Source: an uncultured Planctomycetota bacterium
Lineage (GTDB): Bacteria > Planctomycetota > Planctomycetia > Isosphaerales > Isosphaeraceae
NCBI GenBank assembly: GCA_963823665.1
Contig: CAWGMQ010000007.1
Span: forward strand, 640,001-704,000
Length of the DNA: 64,000 bases
Direction: 5' to 3'
Made by a program: the position numbers and the translations under genes. Shown here in pieces: positions 18,481-29,600 of the stretch. The notes below the pieces were generated by a model. The model made no database searches. It was not told where the DNA came from and worked only from the letters and a program-made list of their open reading frames with translations. Each line of letters begins with the position of its first letter. Position 1 is the first letter of the stretch.

Positions 18481-21118
18481 TTAAATATTCGGATCACTCG
18501 TCGACGCGAAATTGAGGAACACCAAGGTATCCGTCAACGTCGCCGTCGCGCTGGTGACCACGTAAATCCCACCACCAATCCCTTCCCCAGCACTCCCCGC
18601 CGGTGCGTCCTGTCCGGCCCCGCCGCCGACGGCGGAATTCAGCGTCACCAGGTCGCTCGAAAGATCGAGCGTCGCGCTGGCCGAGGGCACAAACACGGTT
18701 GGCCCACTCAGGTAAAACGCGCCCCCCAGACCGTCGCCCCCGGTTCCTCCTTCGCCTGGCGAGCTCCCCTGCGCCGCCGGCACCGCCAACCACCGAATTG
18801 AGGCTGACCAGGGCCCCTGAGATGCTTGACACCGAGCCGGCGCTGCCGTAGAGCGCGCCTCCGGCGGCCTCACCGCCAGCGCCGCCGGCCCCGCCGCCAG
18901 TCGCCCGCACCCCCGGCCCCACCGTGGGCCGAATTCCCGAGGAGTGAGCTGTTCGTCGCCGTGATGGTCGACGGATCCGTTGTCCCCACAGACTGGCCGG
19001 CGGTACCCGTGCTATAAATCCCGCCGCCAAGGGCCGCGCCCCCTGCTCCGCCAGTCGCGCCGGCCTCACCGCTGCCGCCTGCTCCGCCGACCGCCGCATT
19101 GGCCGAAACCGGCGAGTTAGTCAGGGTAATATCGGTGGACTGGCTGTACACGCCACCCCCGAGTGCTTCATCCCCGTTGCCCCCTTGGCCCGTTGCAGAC
19201 GCCAGCCCCGCTCCGCCTATGGCGCTGTTGCCGGAAATTGGCGTGCCCGAGATCGTGACGAAGCCCTCACTCGTGAACAAGCCCGCCACCATCTGCGGAA
19301 CCCGCCTGGTAGACACCGTAGATGTTTGTCTTGCTCGAAGCCGCGCTGATGGCTTGATTGCCCGAGACAATGCAGTTCGTCAGGACCAGGCCCCCCGCCT
19401 CGTTGACGATTCCCCCGCCCGCTGCCCCGGCCGGGTACGACCCGACGGAATCACTCCCTGCAACGGCGGCGTTGTTGATGATCGCCGTCTTCGTGATCGA
19501 AAGCGTCGCGACTCCCGGCAGCAGACCACCAGTCGATTCGATGGCGCCCGCTTCGGCTGACCCCCCACCGCCCCCGTCACCCACGCCGCCAGTAGCCTGG
19601 TTACCCACGAACGTGCAACCGCTCACCGAGGCCGTCACCGAGGCGGAAGTCGATTCGTAAAAAATCGCTCCGCCGTCGGCAGACCCGCCGTCGCTGTTGT
19701 CGCCGGCGATCAGCGCGTTGCCGCCTATGGCCTGGTTGTTCTTGAATGTGCTGCCGGTGAGGACGAGCGGATCTTCAAAACTGGCGATCGCACCACCGTC
19801 TGCACCTCCACCTGAAAGGAAGAACGCGAACGGGCCCGCAACCGCGGGGCCCGCACCACCAACGGCCTCGTTGCCCGTGAACGTGCTGCCGGAAATCGAA
19901 AGCCCCAATGAGCTGTTCGAATCGATCGCGCCGCCAAACGCCTCGTTAAATCCGCCGCCTGCCCCGCCCAGGGCTTGATTATTCGAAAACGTGCAGCCCG
20001 CCAGCGTGACGCTCGATCCGGTGGAGTCTTCAATCGCACCGCCGAATGCCTGGCCTGCTTCGCTGAAAAACCCGGTTCCGGTTGCATTTCCGCCAATCGC
20101 CTGGTTGCCGTTTAACACGCTGTTCGTCATGGTCAATGTGGCAAAGACCGGGCCGGTGCTCGAGGTCGGGGAAGGCAAAGATATCGCTCCCCCAAACCCG
20201 AACCCTGCGTCTGACCCGTTGCTGCCGCCCTCGGCCTGGTTATCCGAGATCGTACTGCCGGAAATAGTCAGCGCCCCTCGTCGCTGATCGCGCCCCCGTA
20301 AGCCCAAGTGCCTTCAAAGAATCCGGGTCCGCCCACTGCGGCATTGCCCGTGATCGTGCTGTCTACGACCGTCGCCGTGCCGCCGGCATGATTGTCGATC
20401 CCGCCTCCGGTGACCGACGAGCTCGTCGAGCTCGTCACCTGGTTGTTCGAGACGACGCTCTGGGTCACGGTCAACGTTCCGTCCGTGGCATTCTCGATCC
20501 CGCCTCCGCTCCCGCCGATCTCCTCGCTGTTTGCCTGATTGCCCGTGACATCAGAGTGGCTGAGAGTCAGATTGCCCGTGTTGTAAATACCTCCGCCCTC
20601 CGCACGGAGGCCAATCGCCTGGTTCCCGCTGACGACCACGTCATCGAGCGTCAGCCCACCCGAGTTGACGATCCCGCCGCCGAAGGCGTACCCGAAATAT
20701 CCGGTGTTATTCACGCCGTCGGTGATCGTTAGTCCCGAGATGGTCGCGGTCACGCCGCCGGTGACGTTGAAGACCTCGCTCACCCCTCCGCCGCTGACCG
20801 AGAGCTCGGATTCCCCTAATCCCTCGATACTCACGTTCTGGTTGAGCGCAAGCGGTCCGCTGGAGAGCGCGATGGTCTCACCTCTCAAGCTGTTTGCAAA
20901 CGAGATGGTCGCCCCGCTCGCGCGCTCGCGATCGCCTGCCGCAGCGACCCCGGTCCCGAGTCGTCGTTGTTGGTGACGACGATGTTGCTGAGCAGGGCCC
21001 TGACCTCGAGCCCGTCGCAAACGGGCGCAAACCGCCTGCGGCGATTGAGGTAGCCTCGGCGGCTGCTGTGATGTTTCCCCGACGGGCCGTTTGAAGTCAA
21101 TCGACCGAAGATCGTCAT
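18481..21118 (-). CDS. Secreted Gly-rich beta-helix (GGAI/GGGI repeat) protein with planctomycete extracellular signal; five frameshifts
   Basis: RRRFAPVCDGLEVRALLS, VTNNDDSGPGSLR, repeated N.A.GG...GGAI, C-terminal NFASTSDPNI; pieces in six ORFs with shifts near 20915, 20280, 19280, 18900 and 18765. Confidence 0.75.
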
Positions 21119-21703
21119 GAGGAAGTCTCCCAGGATGTGGTGCTTTGGGTATATATGGAATCGCGACCGCAACCCTCCCTACTCAGAGGCGAACGATCCG
21201 CCTCCGCTGTCACGCACTTTCCGGAAATCTTCAAAAGACAGGGTCTTGCGAGCCTGGCGACTGCGCTAGCCCGCACCCCCTACGAAGGGGGCCAAGGGTG
21301 GCCTGTTGAAAACTTGCAAGCGGGAAAAGGTGCCAGGAACCAATTCGCCTGGACCAGGACGGGTTTCGTAGGGCAATCAGGTTCTTCGCGTTCAACGGCG
21401 AATAACGAAACGCCTTTTGCGCAAAGGCGTCTCGGTCACACACACCCGGGCATACCGCGCGTCGCTCGATGTGACCGAAGCGGGCAACAGGTGGCGACCT
21501 GGAGTCGTGAAAAGCCGGTGAGCTCGACAGCGTTCCCAAACCCGTTTGCCTGCCCGCGCGCGAACGCGCCGTTTGGCGAATCGAAGACGGCAAGATGGAC
21601 GGCCCGCCTGCGCGTCCGTCGCCGCGGCGCTGGCGAAGCCGGGCCGCTGCGAGTAACTTGTTCGTAGCGAAATCGTTCTTGAAAATCAGGCGGGGGTTAG
21701 GCC

Positions 21704-21901
21704 TTGTCCTTGAACGACCCCAACAAAACGGCTGCGTACCAGCCAGGACGCGCAGACGGCGTCGATGATGCGATGACGAACCCGATCGGCGCGCGGCTCG
21801 GCGACTTCGAGGTGGTGCGCGAGCTGGGCCGCGGCGGCATGGGGGTGGATGAAGGACCCCGACTGGCCGCAGGCGATTTTGAAGCAGTGACCGGCACATG
21901 A
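21704..21901 (+). pseudogene. 5' remnant of a Ser/Thr kinase gene
   Basis: ARLGDFEVVRELGRGGMGV is kinase subdomain I; similarity is then lost. Confidence 0.7.
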
Positions 21902-22470
21902 ACGAAGTCACCCGCATCTTGAGCGCCATCGAATCAGGAAACCCCCAGGCCGCGTCGCAGTTGTTGCCGCTGGTTTATGACGAGCTGCGTCGGCTTGCGG
22001 CCGGACACATGGCGAACGAGTCTCCCGGCCACACACTCGGCGCCACCGCCCTCGTTCATGAGGCCTATCTGCGACTCGTTGGTCCCGTCGGAGATCAGAT
22101 GTTCGCCAGTCGCGGGCATTTCTTCGCCGCCGCCGCCGAGGCAATGCGCCGGATCCTGGTTGACTCCGCACGGCACAAACGGGCCAGCAAACGGGGTGGT
22201 GGTCTGGTCCGATCTCCTGTCGAAGTTGACCGATTGCCGGCGTCGCCCGTCGACTCGGATTCTTGGCTCGACCTTGATGACGCCCTCACAGCGTTCGAGA
22301 ACGTCGATCAAACCGCGGCAGAATTCGCCAAACTCCGCATCTTCGGCGGGCTATCGGTCGAGGATGCTGGCGAATCTCTGGGTATGTCTCGGGCGACCGC
22401 ATTCCGGACCTGGACGTATGCCCGCGCCTACTTGACGGCCGCTCTTGCCGACCATTCCGAAAACTCTTGA
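21898..22470 (+). CDS. ECF sigma factor, ECF43/TIGR02999 type
   Basis: LLPLVYDELRRLA, TLGATALVHEAYLRL, RGHFFAAAAEAMRRIL; kinase directly downstream. Confidence 0.92.
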   Translation: MNEVTRILSAIESGNPQAASQLLPLVYDELRRLAAGHMANESPGHTLGATALVHEAYLRLVGPVGDQMFASRGHFFAAAAEAMRRILVDSARHKRASKRGGGLVRSPVEVDRLPASPVDSDSWLDLDDALTAFENVDQTAAEFAKLRIFGGLSVEDAGESLGMSRATAFRTWTYARAYLTAALADHSENS

Positions 22471-22496
22471 GACTCTTTGGGCTCCATTTACGCCTT
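22468..22496 (+). promoter_or_regulatory. Putative ECF promoter for the downstream kinase
   Basis: TGAGAC-17 nt-CGCCTT at the position equivalent to motif B after the other ECF43 genes. Confidence 0.4.
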
Positions 22497-22531
22497 GTGG
22501 GGGTGAGTACAAAACCACGGAGCCAATTGCC

Positions 22532-25500
22532 ATGCCTGTCGAGCCCAATCTCGTGCGTGACGTTTTTCTCTCGGCCGCGGAACTGCCACGGGCTGATCGA
22601 GAGCGCTATCTCGCCGATCGCTGCGGCAGCGATGCCGAGCTGCGTGCCGCAGTCGAGCGCCTCTTGGCCGCTCACGAAGAACCCGCCCGCATCCTCGAGC
22701 AGGGTGCGGCCCGCGAGGTGGAGCACCCGTTAGCGACAACTCACCGTCCGATCGGCGGCACGGTCGGCGAAGATGATGATCACACCGGGGAACAATCGAC
22801 GGACTTGACGGCCGGCACGACGCTGGCTGCCCACGCGTCCGAACGTGCGAGCAGCTTCGTTCAGGGGCAGGTCATCGCTGGGCGATACACCTTGCAGGAG
22901 GTCCTGGGCGAAGGCGGCATGGGCACCGTCTACCGCGCCCTTCAGACCGAGCCGGTCAAGCGTCAGGTCGCGCTGAAAATCATCAAGGTTGGGATGGATT
23001 CGCGCACAGTCCTCGCTCGCTTCAATGCCGAACGCCAGGCCCTGGCCTTGATGGACCACCCCAACATCGCCCGCGTCTACGATGGCGGAACGACGAGCAC
23101 AAGCCCGAAATCCGAAGCTCGAAATTCGAAGGACCAAGGCGCGACGCCTGTTGCCTCGGTTTTCGGATTTGGTGCTTCGGATTTCTGCAGCGGTCAGCCA
23201 TTCTTCGTGATGGAACTGGTGCAAGGCGTGCCGATCACGGGGTACTGCGACGCGAAAAGGCTCTCGCTTGCGGCCCGGCTGGAGCTTTTCGTCTCCGTCT
23301 GCCAGGCCGTGCAACACGCCCACCAGAAAGGCATCATCCACCGTGACCTGAAACCGAGCAACGTGATGGTGACCGAGGTCGACGGCCGGCCGGCGCAGAA
23401 GGTGATCGACTTTGGTGTCGCCAAGGCCGTTGAGTTTGACCTCACCGACCAGAGCTTGGGCGACACCGGGGCCATCGTCGGCACGCCGGCGTACATGTCG
23501 CCCGAGCAGGCAGACCCGACATCGATGGATATCGACACCCGCACGGATATTTACGCGCTCGGGGTGATTCTCTACGAGCTGCTCGCCGGCTCACCCCCGC
23601 TCGATCCGGCGCAGTTCCGGCGCGGGGCGATCCTGGAAATGCTGCGGATGGTCCGCGAAGTTGATCCTCCCAGGCCGAGCACAAAGGTCAGCACGTCGGA
23701 CGCTCTGCCGAATCTCGCAGCTTCGCGAGGCATTGAGCCGGCGCAGTTAAAGCGGGCGCTGTCGGGCGACTTGGACTGGGTCGTGATGAAGGCGCTCGAG
23801 AAAGACCGAACGCGTCGTTACGAAACGGCCAACGGCTTCGCGGCCGACATCTCGCGTCATCTTTCGTCCGAGCCGGTGCTGGCCGCGCCGCCGAGCCGTG
23901 CGTACCGGGCTCGGAAGTTTGTGCGGAAGCACCGGGGCGCTGTGATTGCAGCGGGTCTCATACTCGCGGTGTTGCTCGCTGGAATTGCGGGCACGTCCTG
24001 GGAATGGTTCGCAGCCCGGCGGTTGGCTTCCGCCGAGCGCGTGGCCAGGCTCGATGCGCAGAAACAACAGACCCGCGCCGAGGAACGCGAAACGCAGGCG
24101 ATTGACGCCGTGAAGCGGTTTGGCGACGCCGTCGCGGGCGAGCCCGCCCTCAAGAACAGCCCGGATCTCGAAGCCTTGCGCAAGCGACTCTTGAAGGAGC
24201 CGCTTGCGTTTTTCAAGGATCTCCGCGACCGTCTCCAGGCGGACAAATATACGCGACCCGAGTCGTTGTATCGAACGGCAACAGCAAGCTCCGAGCTGGG
24301 AATCCTAACCGCCGAAATCGGCGACAAGCAGGACGCGCTGATCGCTCACGGGGAGGCGCTCGAGATTTTTCTGAACCTGGCCGATTCGAATCCCGCCATC
24401 ACCGAGCTCCAGCGCGACCTGGCGATCACCCACAACCAAATCGGCATGCTGCTTCGCGGAGACCGGGAATCTGGCGGAGGCGATGATGGCTTATGAGAGA
24501 GCGCTGGCGATCTGGCGGAAGCTGGCCGTCGCCAAGCCGGCCGTCACCGAGTTCCAGCGCAACCTGGGTGACTTGCACAACAACGTCGGAAACGTGCTAG
24601 TTGCCGCCGGGAAGAGGGCCGAGGCGATGAAGGCACACGAGGCGGCGCGGTCAATCCGGCAAAAGCTGGCCGACTCGAACCCCGCCAATACCGACTTTCA
24701 GAGCCGCCTGGCGAACAGCCACAACAACATCGGTAGCCTGCTGGCCGAAAACGGGCACCCGGCCGAGGCGATCGATGCGCACCGATTGGCGCTCCAGATC
24801 CAGCAGAAGCTGGCCGACGCCAACCCCGCCGTGTTCGAGCTCCAGCTTGCCCAGGCGACTAGCCGCAACGTCATCGGCCTCCAACTCGAACGCACCGACC
24901 CCGCCGACGCGAAGACGAATTACGAAGCGGCCTTGACGATCTTTCGGAAGCTGTCAACCGACAACCCTTCGGTCACACGGTTACAACATAATTGCTCGGC
25001 GACTCTCACCAATATCGGTAACCTGCTGTCCGCCATCGGGCAGCGGGCCGAGGCGATGAAGGCGCACGAGGAATCACTCGCGATCCTGCGGAAGCTGGCG
25101 AGCGAGCACGCTGAGGCGCCCGAATACGCCAGCGCTCTCGGCGCCTCCCTCAATAACCTGGCGCATATGGACCTTGCCGCGAGGCGATTTGGAGAGGCCC
25201 ACGATCGGCTCCGCGAGGCAGTCAAATGGCAGCGGAAGGCCCTGGCTGCCTATCCCGCCCATCCGGACTATCGACAGTTCCTGGGAAACCACCTCCGCAA
25301 TCTGCGCCAGGCGGCCATCGGGCTGGGTGATTCCGAGGGCGCAGCCGAGGCCGAGCGCGAGCTTGCACAGCTCCGCGATTCCGACCCGGCGATTGTGGTG
25401 CTCGACGCGCGGCTGGCCGCGGTCATCAAAGGCACGGAACAGTCAAGGAATCAAGACGAGCGGCTCGCTCTGGCCCAGCGAGCTTACGACAAGGCTCTAC

Positions 25501-25916
25501 ACGCGACGTCCGCACGCCTCTGGGCCGAGGCTCTCACGGCCAATCCCGCGCTCGCCGCCGACCGCACCGCCCAGCATCCGTATAACGCCGCCTGCGCCGC
25601 CGCGCTGGCCGGCTCCGGGCAGGCCAAGGACGACCCCGCGCCCGATGAAGCCGCCAAGGTGAAGCTTCGCAAACAGGCCCTCGAATGGCTCAAGGCCGAG
25701 CATGCGGTCTGGTCGAAACTCCTCGAATCCGACGCCGTGAAAGCCAGGCCCCTGGTGGCAAAGGCGCTCGCGGACTGGCAGAAAGATACGGACCTCGCCG
25801 GTATCCGCGATAAGAAGGAGCTGGCCAAACTGCCTGAGGCGGAACGCTCGGCGTTCCAGCAACTCTGGTCCGACGTCGACAGCCTGCTGACCAAGGCGAG
25901 CAGCGGAAAGCCATAG
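22532..25916 (+). CDS. Membrane-anchored Ser/Thr kinase with TPR domain; frameshift near 24458
   Basis: [37 protein letters not shown], 42-49 aa TPR-like repeats, C-terminal YNAACAAALA...LEWL. Confidence 0.9.
23107..23185. mobile_element. Palindromic (MITE/RPE-like) element inserted in frame in the kinase domain
   Basis: Arms gaaatccgaagctcgaaattcgaa and ttcggatttggtgcttcggatttc; adds 30 aa relative to paralogs in this window. Confidence 0.75.
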
Positions 25917-25986
25917 TGAGCAACAGACCAAATTCAGATGCGTGTCCGAGCCCGCGTCCCATTCGCCAAACGCCACCTACATCCGT

Positions 25987-26631
25987 TCACACGTAAACCC
26001 GGCATCCCCCATTCACAAAATCGTGCTCCATCACGACCTTCCCTATCGCACGTGCAATCTTTCCCCCTCCTACAACCGACGGTTCAATCGGCGACGACCT
26101 GGCGTAGTCAGATTCCTCATTGCAAATCAGCCGCAGGTCGATCACCGGCACGCCCGCCCGCGCAGCCTCCCTCAGAATCACTTCGTTGAACACGCAAAGC
26201 CCGGTGTGTTCCGCTCGGTCCAGGTCGGGAATCGCGTCATAGATGGTACAGACGACGGTGGGTTTTCCGATCGCCCGCACCCGTCGCAGCATCTCCCGAT
26301 ACTCCTGTTGAAACTCCGCGCGGATCTTCCCCATTCGATCAAGCACCTGCGCAAATGACGAAGCCGGTTCACGCTGAATGAGAATGCTGTGATCGAGAGC
26401 GTTGTTGCCTCCCGCGCTGACGACCAGATGCGTCGCGTCGCCAGGCACGCGAATGAGCTGCTTCGTCACATCCGAGGCAACCGACCCATCGAGAGCCAGC
26501 AGCGTCGCCCGCCAACCCGCCGGTAGCCCCCGACCGAGGTGTTCAGTGACCGACGGCCCGCCCGGAACATACCGGGCGTTGTCGAAGATCGAATCGCCAA
26601 GCAGAACGATATTCCCCATGCGATCGCTCAC
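25987..26631 (-). CDS. SGNH/GDSL hydrolase
   Basis: VLLGDSIFDN, SAGGNN, block V-like SPIEPS; start is GTG 26631 or ATG 26619. Confidence 0.85.
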   Translation of the reverse strand: MSDRMGNIVLLGDSIFDNARYVPGGPSVTEHLGRGLPAGWRATLLALDGSVASDVTKQLIRVPGDATHLVVSAGGNNALDHSILIQREPASSFAQVLDRMGKIRAEFQQEYREMLRRVRAIGKPTVVCTIYDAIPDLDRAEHTGLCVFNEVILREAARAGVPVIDLRLICNEESDYARSSPIEPSVVGGGKIARAIGKVVMEHDFVNGGCRVYV

Positions 26632-26661
26632 TTCGTCTCGGTCCCTCCGACAAAGAACCCC

Positions 26662-29600
26662 TCACTTACTACCAGCCGCCCCGGCCCGACCGTCCGCTGA
26701 ACGCCCCAGTACCGCCTCGGCCTCACCTCGGAACGCCGCCAGTTCGTCAGAAGTGACATCACGCAGATCCTTATGTGCTTCCACCCAACGGACGGCCTGG
26801 TCATGGTAGCCGCGTGCCTCCCGCGGGTGCCCCAATTGGTGGTGGGCCATGGCCAGGAAGAACCGGTCGACGGTTGCGAGCTCACCTGGTCCTTCGGCGA
26901 GACCCTGGTCCAGGACCGTGATCGCCTCGGCGTACTGACCCGTGCGATACAGCGCCACACCCAGAGTATTGAGAAAGTTGTGCACTCCGGGAGCCAGTGC
27001 GACGGCCCGCCGCGCCCACGCGACGGCTCGCTCGGGGTCGCGCCGTTTGAAGGGAGCGGTCACGTCGATCCAGGCCCGAACGTTGAGGGATTCCGGGTTT
27101 TCTGGCAGCAACGATCGAGCCTTCTCCCGATCGGCCCGGGATTGCTCGTGATCGCCGAGGGCCTCGTAGACTCTGCCGCGGAGGTCATACAGCGCGTCGT
27201 TGTTCGGATCTCTCGAAATGAGGGTGTCAAGGTCGGCCAGTGCCTCGCGGGGCCGGCCGAGCCCGATCAGTGCCTGCGCCAGGCGGTAGCTTGCTCGGTC
27301 GCGATCCGGCTCGACTGCGAGAACACGGCGGAAATCATCCTCGGCCAGGTCGGGCTTTGAGAGGGCCAGGGCGACCAGACCGCGCTGGAATCGGGCCTGG
27401 TAATCCTCCGGCGCTCGTTCGAGCAAGCGGCTGAAGGCCGCCAGCGCGCTTGCCAGTTGGCCCGATTCCTGGTACGCCTCGCCCAGGAGCCTGCAGGCGT
27501 CGGTATCGTCCGGACGCAGCCGGAGCAAATGCACGAGATCGGCGATCGCTTCAGGCCACTTCATTTGCTGGTTGAACACCCAGCCGCGCTGGATCAGCGC
27601 TTCGGCATCGTCGGGCGCGACGGCGAGCCGGCGGTTCAGCTCGGCCAGTTCGACGGCGCGCTGCGCCTGGGGCTCGAGAACTTCGCCGACTACCTTGATC
27701 GCCCGCACCTGCTGCACCGGACCCAGGGCGGCGGGCGAATCCGGAGCCGTGGGATACAGTGGAGCCTCCCAGTCCAGCCCCCGCGAATGGAGCTGGTCAC
27801 GGATTCGCCGGAGGTCCCACACGAGCACTGTCTTTTGGTTCGTCCGCGCGATGAGCTTCGTGCTGTCCGGGCTGAACACCATCGGCGCCGGGCTGACCGG
27901 CCGCAGGGTCGTCAGCCGTGCCAGCTCACGTCCCGTGGCGGCATCGGCCAGCAAGACCTGATCGGGCGCGATTCCCAGAGCCATCACCCGGCCGTCGCCG
28001 GTGAACACCGGGCGGTAGAGCACGCCCCCATTGCGCTCGGGGTCGATCCGTAGACCGGGCTCCCAGGTCCCCATACGCCAGAACTGATAACAGAGGCCCG
28101 CATCGGAGGACACGGTCGAGACCAGCGTGCGACCGTCAGGGCTGAAGCCGGCGAAGTAGGATTTGTCGCCGAGCGGTTCCTTCGGCGTCAAGATGCGCTC
28201 GAGCCGCCGCCGGCGGAGGTCCCAGACGCGAACACCTGCTTCCTTCCAGCCGCCGGCCGCCAGCCAACGACCATCGGAGCTGACGGCGACCGAAGTCATG
28301 CGGTAATTATCCCCGCTGTCGAGGGCCGGTGTCCGAGTCCAGAGCGGATGGGGGTGGATGGAATCGATGAGCAAGACTCGTGCGTTGGCATTGTCGATCA
28401 GTGCCAGCGTTCGACGATCCGGCAGCCAGCTTGAATAGACCCGATCCTTCGAAGCGTTCGCCCATAACAACTCGGGCGGACCGATCGAGAGCGCCGCGGC
28501 CGCACCGTCGGGATCGGGCCGGATCGGCCAGTGATCCACGCCCCACCGGCCGCTGGTGAAGAGGCTTCCGCCGTCGGGGTGGAACAGCACGCTATCGATT
28601 TGACCGGACTTGAGATGGGCCTGCTCGCGCCCGGTGTCGGACTCCCAGAGCCGGACGCCGTCTGCATCGGAGGTCGCGATCAGCTCGCCGTCGGGGCTGA
28701 CATCCGCAGACGTGATCCCGACGTTCATCGTAGCCTCGGAGCGGTTCCCGAGCATGCCGGGGTGGAGCGTCCGACACTCCGGGGCCACGTCGATGTCCCA
28801 GACGCCGACTCTGCTACCCACACGGAAGGCCAGTCGGCGGTCGTCTGGAGCAAACCGGCCTAATAGGCCACCCGGCGCCATCGCCAGCGGCTCCCCCGAG
28901 ACGCCGTCCCAGAGCCGGGTCGTGCCATCCCAGCTCGAGGTCGCCAGCAGGTAACCCGAGTGCGCGAACTGGACCGTCACGACCGCCCCCGTATGTCCCT
29001 GAAGCATTGCAGTCAGGGCCCCGCGGCCGACGTCCCAGACGTAAACGTGGGTGTCTCCGGAGTGGCCGCCGGTCGCCAGCAACTGTCCATCGGCGCTCCA
29101 GGCCAGTCCGCCTTTGCCCACCTGCGAACCCCGGTCGAACAGCACGCGCCCGGTCTCGAGCTCGATGATCGCAACCCGCGGCTTCGCCCGATTCGATTCA
29201 TCCGGATCGAAATTGGTGACGGCGAGTCGGCGGCCTTCGGGATCGAGCGTCAGGGCATTCGGCCTGAACTCGAGCGGCAGCCGCCGGACGACCCGGCGCA
29301 GGGCGAGGTCCCAGATCGCGACGCCACCCTCCATGGCGAGGAACACCAGGTGGCGGCCATCGGCGTGGAACACCCCACCTCCACGGGTCCTCAGGCTGCC
29401 GATCAGCTCCCGGCGTCCCAGGCTCCATATCTGCACCAGGTCGCCCGCGGCCCTGTTCAGAACGTAGCTGGCGATCAGCAGCTCGCCGTCCGGGCTGAAG
29501 CAAGACCAGGCGTGCCAGAAATCGGGCCGGTCTGGCGCAGGCAGGCGGGCCAGTACGCCGTCGTCGTCCAGCCGCCGCACGACGACATCGCCGGACCACT

